A stretch of DNA of 64,000 nucleotides from Promethearchaeota archaeon (GTDB taxonomy: Archaea > Asgardarchaeota > Lokiarchaeia > Sigyniarchaeales > SOKP01). Location of the stretch: positions 1 through 64,000 of the forward strand of contig JALGVJ010000042.1 of NCBI GenBank assembly GCA_029838195.1, written 5' to 3'. The notes beneath the pieces are model-generated. The model saw only the letters and a program-made list of their open reading frames with translations, was not told the DNA's origin and made no database searches. Of this stretch, positions 32,401 to 43,000 are shown piece after piece (position 1 is the first letter of the stretch; every line of letters begins with the position of its first letter). The translations under genes were made by a program, and so were the position numbers.

Positions 32401-34017
32401 ATCACCAAATCCTAAGGGGCCCGTATCAATTGTTCGATTATATTGATTAAATTGAGGATGGGGGTCTAAAGTTGTATCCAGTCCGGCTCCTTTTAGCGTG
32501 ACGGTGGCACCATCGATGAAATCTCCTGTTAAATTAGTATAAATAAAAGTAATGTTGAGAGGGTCTCCAATTCCTACTTCGATTTCTAAAGGTAACGTTT
32601 TATTAATTCCATTTAATAATAAATCATATTTCGTATCAATTGGCGCTGTATAAACGCTATACCACACGATTAATGACACATTATCGATGGAAATATTTAT
32701 TCGATGATCCAAGCTAAACTCATCTGCTATGAAAACTTGAATGGAAAGATTAATGAACTCATCAACATCAACAAATGGAGTCACGTCTACCCCTTGAGAA
32801 TCGAATTTCTGCCAGTCAAGCTTAGAATCGTTCAATTTAACGGTTTGAATAAGTTTATATCCATTAATGTAAATTCGAAATTCGGAATTTGGAGACTTGG
32901 TCGCATCCCACCACGTCTCATTAATCCTATATTCGAAATTCAGAGTGGCATTTATAATCGATTTATCGGCGCCCTCAATTTTCGTACCTTGTTGGTTCCA
33001 AGATTCTGAGGAGAATTCATTAATTATCTTTTCATAAGTAAAGGTTAAATTAAGAGATAGGATACGTAATTCAGTCCAATCATCATAATCCTGCCATTGA
33101 TAGTTATCTTCGCAATGAACTTCCATTCCAACAATAATAGTAAAATTATCGTGCTCCGGATCTTTATTTAAAACTTGAGTTAGATAATAAATAAGATCTT
33201 GTTCAGTTCCTTGAGATTCAATAGTTTTTTCATTAATTGTATAAAATCCTGTATCATCTCTTCCTAAATCGTTAGTTTGATTATATGCAACCCTATAATA
33301 ATTATTTAAGTTTAGATCTGAGATTTCTATATAAAATATCGCATGATCGTAAATACCTCGTTGATCTAAAGTATCTGATCCTCTTCCAGCATCGCTATCA
33401 TATTGAGTATCTATATTCCAATTAACATTAGCATACATCGTTGCATTTAGAAAAGCTGAAGTAATATTGTATTCTGACATATCTATTCCATCCATGCTTA
33501 CATTGTATCTCCAAGTAATAGTGGCTACTTGATCTGAAGCATCGTCATGCCATGAATGGCTCACGTGAAAACCCTCATCATCAATTTCACAAGTATCAGG
33601 ATTAATAGCAGGTTCACTTTTATTGAATGCCACCCAACTACTACTATGGGCTATATCAATTGGGTCATCTATTTTTTTAACGTGCGATTCTCCCATTATC
33701 TCATAATTTGCGTGTCCTCCGCTAATCGAGGAATTAATATCGGAATCATCTCCGCTCGTTTCATTTTGCCAATGTGCGTATCCTTGTGAGAAATTTCCAT
33801 TTGATATGGCATCAATAGATTTATAATCATATTCAGAAGAGCGAATTGAATGCGAATTTTCATGATCAATAGGAGTGCTCAATTCCTCCGATTGCTCATT
33901 CATATTTATCGTGAAGTCATTGAAAGGTAACGTGAAGAGGCCCAAATTTAACAAAACGATAAAAGCGATAGTGATAATTAACTTTTTATTTTTGGATATT
34001 AATTTACGTAAATTCAT
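29495..34017 (-). pseudogene. Large cell-surface protein with Ig-like repeats, frameshifted into ORFs 30811..34017 and 29495..30769
   Basis: N-terminal signal/TM, repeated LYLNG...INITxxY...GAxV...Y units, C-terminal TM plus basic tail; restoring a 73-bp deletion at 30852/30853 gives one 1531-aa frame. Confidence 0.8.
30503..31690. repeat. Near-identical 642-bp intragenic tandem duplication (two Ig-like domains per unit)
   Basis: gagtaaatgg at 30981 and 31623 (offset 642); ttccactctgaagag at 30503 and 31072 (offset 569 = 642 - 73). Confidence 0.95.
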
Positions 34018-34293
34018 GGATTCGCCTCTTTATTTTAATATTCGTGAGTTTAATAATAATTTTTTATTTAATTAGATGAAATGATTGGAAGAATAATAAA
34101 TACTTATTGATCAAGATTAAATAAATACTTAAATATATCTTTTTATAGGGATAATGTGAGTGAAAATAAATATTTAAAATTATAGTAACAATTTTTACTT
34201 CAATGTAAAAAAGGAGAGAATTGAATTAATCAATTATAAGAGAGATTAAACCATGTTCAATTATTCAAATACATGTTTACTTAGTTTTGGAGC

Positions 34294-36438
34294 GTGAGCT
34301 GTATCGTGGAGGATAAAGAAGAAATTGAAGTATCAGTAAAGTGTAAGTCTTGCATGGAGGATGTTATATTTAGATTCACGACAGAAGAATATGAAGATTT
34401 CAAGAGTTTTCCCATTCGAAAGGAAGACATTCATGGAGAGCCACGGCATAAACTGATCGTGTATTTTGATAAATTTTTAACGGTAGAAAGATTCGAAGTG
34501 GAAGAGGTATTAGAAAAAGAAATTTCACATGCTGAAGAGCTTACGAAACAGGTATTGAGAGAATTAGGTTTAACGGATGCAGAAATTGAGTTGTATTTTC
34601 TTTCCACGGGGCGGGATGTAGTATCTTTAGGAGAAATGGCATTACTCATAGATAAAACTAAAGAAGAGTGTCAAGAAATTGCTAAAAAATTCGTGGAGAA
34701 AGGATTATTTAAAGAAATCGTGGGAATCACTCCTCATTATGCACCATTGCCCCCCTACGCCGCTTTAATGAATCAATTAAAAAGATTTCATGCCTTTATT
34801 TCAGAAATTAAAACAAGGGTACCAGTTGAATTAAATCAATCGTTCTTTGAATTAGAAAACAAGGCGAAGGGAATTAATCAGTTGAAAGAATATGTCGATT
34901 TCATGGAAGGGTTAAAAGATACCATGCAAGCTCACATGGCAGAACAAAAAGAGGATTTTGAGAATACGATTTCAAATATTTTACAAATAGAGAACATCAT
35001 GCAAGTAATGGCGGGTTTGGAGCAGGAGATGAGAGAGATATTAGAGCTTCAAATTGCAGACCTCATTCAGCAATTCCAAGATATTAAAGAAAGAATATCT
35101 AAAAACCTTGAAAAGTTACGATTAGGCGTGATCCAGCAAACGGTAGAAAAAGCAATTGCCACGGTTTTTGAAGATGGTATTAAAAAAATCACGGAGAGTC
35201 TAAATAAGAGTATCATGGTAAAGTTAAATTCATTATTAAAACATATCGAAGCCAATATTGAGGAAATTACGCTCTCGAGCGTTACTTCCGCTCAAAAAAT
35301 CAAACAATCGTTTGGAGCGATAAGCGATGATTTTAATAATGCGGTCAAGCAATCAGAAGAAAAAATTACGGGTATTTCAGATACCATATTAAAATCGTTT
35401 AATGTTTTAAAAGATCTTTTTTCTTCAGAAGTCATTGATACGTTACAATCTGTATTGGGAAATATATTAAGTAGATTGGAAGAAAGCGAAAATACTACCC
35501 AAGAATTTTGGGAAAGAGCTAAGCGTGCTTCTATTTTAACGATGAAGGATATTTGGTTTATTCGATCAATGGAAGCTGCAAAAGCAAGCATAAATGAACA
35601 ACTTACCAGAGCAAAAATGCGCGTTTTAATCGTTGCGCCTCATCTAACGGACATTGATGTTGATTTAATTAAAAAATGTCCCTCTCATGTCAATATTAGA
35701 ATTGCGACTAATATAGATTTTACTTCTCCAGAACATGAAAGAATTTTAGATCTTCTTGATGAGATGCCTAATATTTCTTATAGATCCAGGGAAAGAACCG
35801 ATATTTGGGGAATAAATAGGGATTATGAAGAAGTGATCATCTGCGTGTTATCTAAAACTGAAATTCGAGGCAAGGAATACATTGAAATAGCTGGAATCGG
35901 AAGTGTCATAGAAGAACATATCAAAATATTTGTTCCTATTTTAGAAGAAACATGGATGAACTCAAGAAAAGAAGTCCAAAGACCGAAAAAGAGACCAAAA
36001 ATCACCATTCCCCAAGAACTTCCAAAAAGAGAGGAAAAGATTAAAGTTCCGGAAATTCAAACCCCTCCTAAATTAAAAATGAAACCACTAATACAAGAAT
36101 CAACTGAAACTATATCAGGATCAGCTACGCTAAGCACCTCCCCAGAAATAAAGCCCCCGGTTCCAGAATTCCATTCGTTACCAGGAGATAAAGATAGTGA
36201 TTTAAAAGTAAAATTTGATGAATTAATTATAAATTTAGATAAATTCACGGAGAAAGAACTTTCATATGCTTTAAACCAATTGAAAAGCGATATTCAAGCT
36301 ATTTTAGGATATTCAAGCGTATTAGATCAAATTGAGCTCGCAGCTTCTTCGTTAGTTAAAGATAATCCGTTAGAGAAAAAAGAAATAGAAGAATTAAAGA
36401 AAAAAATTAATTTCTGGGGAAAGAAGTTAAAAATCTGA
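34294..36438 (+). CDS. TrmB-like HTH regulator with long coiled coil and PLD-like effector domain
   Basis: LRELGLTDAEIELYF...FVEKGLF...YAPLPP (TrmB HTH); heptad-rich middle; RAKMRVLIVAP...NRDYEEVII; N-terminal CxxC...H...H. Confidence 0.7.
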   Translation: MSCIVEDKEEIEVSVKCKSCMEDVIFRFTTEEYEDFKSFPIRKEDIHGEPRHKLIVYFDKFLTVERFEVEEVLEKEISHAEELTKQVLRELGLTDAEIELYFLSTGRDVVSLGEMALLIDKTKEECQEIAKKFVEKGLFKEIVGITPHYAPLPPYAALMNQLKRFHAFISEIKTRVPVELNQSFFELENKAKGINQLKEYVDFMEGLKDTMQAHMAEQKEDFENTISNILQIENIMQVMAGLEQEMREILELQIADLIQQFQDIKERISKNLEKLRLGVIQQTVEKAIATVFEDGIKKITESLNKSIMVKLNSLLKHIEANIEEITLSSVTSAQKIKQSFGAISDDFNNAVKQSEEKITGISDTILKSFNVLKDLFSSEVIDTLQSVLGNILSRLEESENTTQEFWERAKRASILTMKDIWFIRSMEAAKASINEQLTRAKMRVLIVAPHLTDIDVDLIKKCPSHVNIRIATNIDFTSPEHERILDLLDEMPNISYRSRERTDIWGINRDYEEVIICVLSKTEIRGKEYIEIAGIGSVIEEHIKIFVPILEETWMNSRKEVQRPKKRPKITIPQELPKREEKIKVPEIQTPPKLKMKPLIQESTETISGSATLSTSPEIKPPVPEFHSLPGDKDSDLKVKFDELIINLDKFTEKELSYALNQLKSDIQAILGYSSVLDQIELAASSLVKDNPLEKKEIEELKKKINFWGKKLKI

Positions 36439-36548
36439 TTTTATCCTTAAGCGATAAATGTGATTCCTTATTTTAAAAAAAAATTCTCATTCTATTTTAA
36501 AAATGAGGTAAAAAAGAATCTTTTTCGAAAAAATTATATTTCACCTGC

Positions 36549-37436
36549 TCAGTTTTTATAGTTTGATAATCTGAAAAAGAATTTGTTGTAAAAGTACAAA
36601 AATATCAATCCAACTCCAAAAAAAACCATGAAAAGGTAAGTATATTCTTCCGGAACGGAGATAAGATATAATCCCAGATTTACAAATATTATTTCTAATA
36701 ATAGCAATAGCCCTAAGCACATTCCTACAATAACGATGCCAAGAAAAAAATAACCGACTAAATCATGCATGAGATAAGAATATGCTATGCTATCTTTTAG
36801 TTTTCCCTTTAATTTAATTTTAGAGGTTTTTCCTTTTTTTAGATTAACTTTTAACGCTTTAACATGAAGTAATTGTTCAAAATCAATGGGGTTATAATGC
36901 TGTTCTAACCGATGTTCCAATCTTTTTTCTTCACTATTAAGACGTGTGAGTAACATGGAATTTATGTAATCTTTTTTAGGAGTTGCAGTCTTTAAATTTG
37001 AAGAAACTTCATGAAACGCTTGAAAAGGGGTTAGATTCCAATATAAATCTTCCCGAAATTCTGAAGTTATATCGGGGATCTCAATTTTTCGTAATTCATA
37101 ATAGAGATTGATTAAAAATTTCAAGTAATCTTTTGATAAATACCCCTCTTTTCTTAAGAATTCAAGTTCGATACCTCGAAGGATTTCAACCGTCAAGTCT
37201 TTAAAGAGATGAAAATGGAAGGCATGGTTCACGAATTGATCGATAAAATTCATGTATTCATGAAGCTTTTCGTTAACTTCTTTTTTCCGAGGTCTTAGAC
37301 CTAAATGAATAGCAATTACATGTAATTCGTTGTTTATCAAGCTCATGAGGACAACCGCTAATTTTTTATAATCATGCGTTTTATTACATGTTTTAACTAA
37401 TTCAATCAATTTTTTATCCACGAGAGTTAGGGTCAT
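36549..37436 (-). CDS. Hypothetical protein with two C-terminal TM helices
   Basis: 295 aa; helical soluble N-terminus; abuts the upstream gene (operon). Confidence 0.7.
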   Translation of the reverse strand: MTLTLVDKKLIELVKTCNKTHDYKKLAVVLMSLINNELHVIAIHLGLRPRKKEVNEKLHEYMNFIDQFVNHAFHFHLFKDLTVEILRGIELEFLRKEGYLSKDYLKFLINLYYELRKIEIPDITSEFREDLYWNLTPFQAFHEVSSNLKTATPKKDYINSMLLTRLNSEEKRLEHRLEQHYNPIDFEQLLHVKALKVNLKKGKTSKIKLKGKLKDSIAYSYLMHDLVGYFFLGIVIVGMCLGLLLLLEIIFVNLGLYLISVPEEYTYLFMVFFGVGLIFLYFYNKFFFRLSNYKN

Positions 37437-38255
37437 TCATTTTCCCTCCTTGTTTTCCTGAAATAACCATAATTTTCCTTCTTCTTCAGCAATTAACTTG
37501 TCAAAATCAATTTCATCGCCATGTAAATATATTAAATTCTCAATTTTTGAAGCATTTTCATTTTTTTCTTGTTCAAAAGTTATTTGAATGAAATAATAAT
37601 GTAAAAAATAAGGAAATACTAAAATAAAAGAGAAAACCATTAAATAATAACCTAATCCAACTGAATAATGATAATAAAATGTAGTTCCTCCAATTTCCGT
37701 GGAGATTATTGCAAAAGGAAAATAGAAATTATTTAATATTAGATGTTTTAAAGGAAAAATTACAATATAATATCCCATTAGGAATAATAATACAATATTG
37801 CTATAAGCATGGATTTTTAATGGTTCTAAATTCTCAGAATTTTCTATATCTCTGAAAATTAATTGAAATAAAGAGAATAGGGTTAATATTAATACTGAAA
37901 AAGGTAATATCAAGGGATTATCCAGGTTTTGCGGGTAAGCAATTATATTATCCTTATTGTTTTTTGAATACCATCCATTTAATAGAGAAAACCTCCATTC
38001 TACGATTAATACATTTCCTTCCAGAACTTTAAGTGCATACCAATCGGAACAGATAGAAATTATACAAGAAAGGAGCCCTAAAGCCGTTAAAAATTTAAAC
38101 ACCTCGCTAATTTTAAAATTTCTTACGAGTTTCATTTTAGAACTTTTCTCTTTTCTTATTTTTTTTAATATTTTTCGTTCCATGTTCGAATTTAACCTTA
38201 TAATATTGCTAAAATTTCTTGAAAACACTACTAAATTATGACTTAATGCTAACAT
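37437..38255 (-). CDS. Four-TM membrane protein with claudin/PMP22-like topology
   Basis: TM1-SDWY...SLLNGWY loop-TM2-TM3-loop-YSVGLGYYL-TM4. Confidence 0.65.
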   Translation of the reverse strand: MLALSHNLVVFSRNFSNIIRLNSNMERKILKKIRKEKSSKMKLVRNFKISEVFKFLTALGLLSCIISICSDWYALKVLEGNVLIVEWRFSLLNGWYSKNNKDNIIAYPQNLDNPLILPFSVLILTLFSLFQLIFRDIENSENLEPLKIHAYSNIVLLFLMGYYIVIFPLKHLILNNFYFPFAIISTEIGGTTFYYHYSVGLGYYLMVFSFILVFPYFLHYYFIQITFEQEKNENASKIENLIYLHGDEIDFDKLIAEEEGKLWLFQENKEGK

Positions 38256-38287
38256 TCAATTTAGAAACTATTAAATTAAAGATACCC

Positions 38288-39499
38288 TCATGGCTTCCTT
38301 AAGATATTGATTTTCCTTGTTCTATTTTTTTGATAAATAAAAGGAATCTCCCCTGAATTATTAAAAATAAAAAACTCTTTTTTTAAATTTGATTTCCCGA
38401 TTTCAAATAAAAATTGACTGAGTAAAGGTTCAGGCAGCTCATTTTGGAGCATGTATATATCCTCTTGCTTTAATTCCATATTAGAATTTGGGAAAAGGTT
38501 CTCTTCAAGTAAGATTTTCTTGAATTGGAGCCAAATCTTTAGATGTTTAAATAGAAAAATCATTAGTAAGAGACAATAAGATAACAGAATTCCAATAAAT
38601 GTATTGAAAAAACTACTTATAAAGAATGGATTAAACCTTAATAAAATAAAATAAATGATTCCCAGAGCTAATATTGGTACTGAAATATATCTTATATTTG
38701 ATAAAAATGAAGGATAAGAATATAGAAACTTGTTTCTTAAGATTTTTCTCTGAGATAAAGATTCATGTAATTGAATTTCTTGCAATAAGTATTTGAGAAA
38801 GTTTTTTAATTGATTGATTTCGATCACGTGAAGATTTGAATTCCGTTGATAACTAAATGGTATCCTGGCATCAAAAGTGTTAACCTTAGTAAGCGTGAGA
38901 AGAATCGGGCACGTGAGCTTTATATATCTTACTGCTCCAATCTTCACGTGATTTTTCTTGGTATCCATCAATTTTTTAAGGATTTTGGGGCAGGTAGAAA
39001 GCTCATCTTGAGAATTTCCAATTTTCATGAGATTAGATCCAATACATTTCGAAAAAAATTCATAATTAAAAACCCCATATAATGGCTGATATTCTGATAA
39101 ATCGCTTAACTCATTTTTCTCCTTTTTTTTAATCCATGATTTGATTCTATCATTTTTTATGATAAGAGGTAGCTTAACAATGCAAGATATGATCGGCACG
39201 AGCAAAATTATTATATAATTAAAAGCAACTTCAATTTTCGTTAATCCTATTAAGATTAAATTAGTCTCGTCAAGCATGCAATCATTATTTTCCTGACTTA
39301 AATCAATAATTTCAATTCCTAATTCTGTTAAATCTTGTCGAGCACGATCAATTAATATTTTTTTTTCTTCTAATGTAAGCATGTATTGTTGGGCTCCAAT
39401 ATTCTTGTTATCATGACCTTGATTAGCGATTCTCCCTTGTAATGCATTAAAATTCTCGCTTGATATATTTTCCCTATTTAAATTATCTCCAATTATCAT
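38288..39499 (-). CDS. Hypothetical membrane protein
   Basis: 403 aa with two TM helices near the C-terminus; first gene of an apparent 3-gene operon. Confidence 0.65.
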   Translation of the reverse strand: MIIGDNLNRENISSENFNALQGRIANQGHDNKNIGAQQYMLTLEEKKILIDRARQDLTELGIEIIDLSQENNDCMLDETNLILIGLTKIEVAFNYIIILLVPIISCIVKLPLIIKNDRIKSWIKKKEKNELSDLSEYQPLYGVFNYEFFSKCIGSNLMKIGNSQDELSTCPKILKKLMDTKKNHVKIGAVRYIKLTCPILLTLTKVNTFDARIPFSYQRNSNLHVIEINQLKNFLKYLLQEIQLHESLSQRKILRNKFLYSYPSFLSNIRYISVPILALGIIYFILLRFNPFFISSFFNTFIGILLSYCLLLMIFLFKHLKIWLQFKKILLEENLFPNSNMELKQEDIYMLQNELPEPLLSQFLFEIGKSNLKKEFFIFNNSGEIPFIYQKNRTRKINILRKP

Positions 39500-39524
39500 C
39501 TCATTAAAATATTATAGCTGAAAA

Positions 39525-39541
39525 TATAAAAAGAAAAAATG
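39525..39541 (-). promoter_or_regulatory. Shared non-canonical promoter CATTTTTTCTTTTTATA
   Basis: TATA part about 26 bp upstream of ATG 39499; identical inverted copy at 39667. Confidence 0.65.
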
Positions 39542-39666
39542 AGAATTTTTTTTCAGGCTCATGCATTAAAATTAAGACGCTTTCACGATTCGTTCGACAA
39601 AATTAGAAAAATAGTACTGTCTCCTTTTTTATTAATCATTTGAAATTTTAAGGAACGTGAGAAATC

Positions 39667-39683
39667 CATTTTTTCTTTTTATA
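39667..39683 (+). promoter_or_regulatory. Shared non-canonical promoter CATTTTTTCTTTTTATA
   Basis: About 35 bp upstream of ORF 39718; identical 17-mer to 39525-39541(-). Confidence 0.65.
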
Positions 39684-39717
39684 AAAAGAAATTAATTAAA
39701 TTATAAAATTATAAAAA

Positions 39718-39942
39718 TTGAAAAAAACAACGAGCATGATAAGAAAAAATAAAAATCTTCAATATATTTCTTTAGAAAAAAGAGTTGAACAATCCTTTCA
39801 AGAAGAATTATTAAAGATTCTTGTATCTTTTAACTCTCTAAACAATAATGAAGATAAAATGGAAGAAAGTGATACTTCTTCTAATAATTTACCTGATGAT
39901 GTAAAAAAAACTCTCATGCAAGAATATTTTCAACTAATTTAA
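39718..39942 (+). CDS. Small hypothetical protein
   Basis: 74-aa ORF downstream of the shared promoter motif. Confidence 0.55.
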   Translation: MKKTTSMIRKNKNLQYISLEKRVEQSFQEELLKILVSFNSLNNNEDKMEESDTSSNNLPDDVKKTLMQEYFQLI

Positions 39943-40055
39943 GCCTTTTTTATTAAAAAATCATCCTTTCTTCTTATTCAATCAATGAAATAAAAAAAAA
40001 GGCTTCTAAAGGTTATTAAAACATTAAAAAAAATTTTTAAGTATGCCTAATTCAT

Positions 40056-43000
40056 TTATTTCTGCCTATTCTTCTTTAGAATTGTAGAGAGTCCAATTAT
40101 GGCACAAGGAGAAATTAAGAAAATTAACCCAAAAGCAATCTGAGATAAACCAATTATACTTGATTGATTTGTTAGGGACGTATCTAAAGATTGTTCTTCC
40201 TCATTTTTTGGGTTAGATTCCTCTTTAGGAGTGTTTTCTATAATTGTTGGTTGCGTGGTATTGTAATGAATGATTTTATAGACAAATACGATTTCTTCAT
40301 CCAAATTTCCCGCAGTATCATTGACTTGAAAAATAATGTTAATAGTATCATTTTGGAACAAATTCCACGATACTTGGTCTATGATTCCCGCATGCGTGAT
40401 TTGGGAGCCATTGTTTTGGAAAAGTGAGAAATTTAAATAATTAAAGGGGGACGAATAAGTTCCATTTGATAAAAAATACCATCCCGAATCAACATGAAGT
40501 TCCTCTATAAATATTTGAAATTGAGGAGGTTGCTCATGAAATAACTCGGCTTGTAAGGGTTGGATAATGGAGATTTTCGGAAGCGTAGTATCTTTATAAA
40601 TTTTAAGCATCTTAGTTCCTAAATTTCCCAGACTATCATTTGCAAAGAACGTGATATTTATTAACCCATCATTCATTTCTTCCCAAATATTCTGAGAAAT
40701 GAAAATGTCAGATGAATTCTCAAAATAAACGGGCCCTCGAATGTGAATACCATCATCCAAAACATACCACGCATCTTCTAGATATGCATTAGCTAAAGAA
40801 CTGTTAATTTCAACTTCACAGTGAGGCGCTATTTGACCATGAATTTTTTCGTCGGCTGGATTTATGATGTTAATTAGGGGAGGACTTAAATTTTTATTAA
40901 TGATGATAGTCTCATCATCTTGATTTCCCTGAGTATCATTCACGTGAAATGTAATATAAATGGAGCCATTATCAAGAGTGTTCCAGGCTGGTTCATTTAT
41001 CGTCCCATTCTCAATAAAAGGATATGTTAAAAGATTATTCTCAATTGTATACCAGATCTTACTTAAATTCTCAATTCTTACATCTAAGACAAAAAATGGT
41101 GGATTTTCACCAAATATCTCAAAAGGTGGAGGCGATAAAATATTCATAAAAATTTCTTTAATAGTAAATAAATAAATTGGGCTTGATTCGAAGTCGTTCA
41201 CGATATAAATTTCAAAACGATAAGTTCCGGCTTCTGGAACTGTATAATTTAAATAATATTCACTATAATTTCCTTGATGAGTAAAATTAGGTTGTAGGGT
41301 TTTAATTAAAACATTGTTTCTCGATAAATTAACATGTACGAATGATTCAGAAAGATCATGAGTATTAAAGCCCGTTACAATGGAAATGTTAAAATAAATT
41401 AGCAGATTATTGGAATTTTTTAAATGAGACTCTTGATATTCAATCTCATAAGTTGTATTAAAAAAGATTTCCACTTCTTCTTGGAATTCTAAATTATTAT
41501 ATACTTTAATCATTCCACTAATTATAGGATAATTTTGAGAAGAATACGGTACAAAAATTTGTGCCTCATGGCATCCATTAGGTTGCTTAACTAGAGGAAT
41601 GAGACCTAATTGAGGGCTTTCAAATTTCATCGTTATATTTTCACGATTTTCAAGCATTACCATATTAAAATACCCCGCTGTAAGCGTATTTGAAGCCTCC
41701 AGAGGAATGGTTTTAGAATAAATAACATGGAGTTTTGGAGGACTATTCATTGCCATTTCAGTTAACCAAGCAAGATATTCATGGTGTACATCACTACTTG
41801 AGGGCGTTTTGAGAAATTCATGCTGAGATTCTGAATATAAAGATGTTACTAATGCTCGTAATGCAGTATAATTAAATTCAAGATTTAGATTCAGTAGTTG
41901 GGAAATTTTATAAGAATAATATACATTTTCAAGATTCTCATAATTCAATACTCGTTCTAGATAATTTTTTATCTTTGTGGAATTTAAATCATATCTGTCA
42001 AGAATTCTTAAAATCCATGTAAAATAATAAGTGGTTTTCAAGATTTCCGTAGTTGTATTCGTGTAAAAAGGTTGAAAACAAAAGATGGTCGAATTTTCAA
42101 ACCCATGATGTAAGATATAGGTGGTTAAAGCATCCATATCAAGAGGCAAGTCCGTAACATTACCTATTCCTAAAAATGTTGCTAATAAATCTAACGATTT
42201 AATGACATAAAATGCATGTTCAGGATATACATATTTGTTTTGAAGGGAAGGGTCCAGATATCGCATGAGGTTATCGGGAAAAAATCCTCCATTATTGGGG
42301 TATTGGGAATCTAAAAATTGACATTCTATAAGACCGTTCATTAAAGCAGTTAAATTTGCATTCGAAGCAAAAGCATCTAAACTTCCAATCTTATTAAGAG
42401 TATCTAGGGCTAAAAATGTAGATTCGGGATTATGGACCATGTTAATCTCATGAAAATGTTCATGGGTTCCCAAGCTATAATATTCAATTGGAAATGTTTG
42501 AAAATATTCTTCATCAGAATCAAAATTTGTATACATATAGAAATATTGATTATTTAAAATGGGGATTGTTTTATAAGAATTCATGATATTGGAATAAATG
42601 TAAGAAAGATTCAATTGTTCTAATTGATCATGATAATCAAAAACAGTAATTAATGAGTTATAAAGTACTTGCGAGGGATAGTCCTGGGAGAGAAGGGCAT
42701 ATCCATGTTGAGAATGATAAAGGTCGAGAGCATTATATATTTGATTTTTGTCTACGGTTGATAAGGAATTAATTAATCCTGAATTTCTTAGAGCTTGGAG
42801 CACGTGATAAGTATAGAAAATTTCATGATGAGATATTGCTGAGGATTTATCCCAGATTCCAAGAGAATTCCGATGATTTACTAAATATTCTCCTACTTGC
42901 GAAGCATTAATTTGGAAACACGCGGTTAAGTTTAATAGTTCTAATCCAATTGCAGTTGCTAAAATTCCCCAATAATCAAAAGAAAAATATTTATTTTGAG

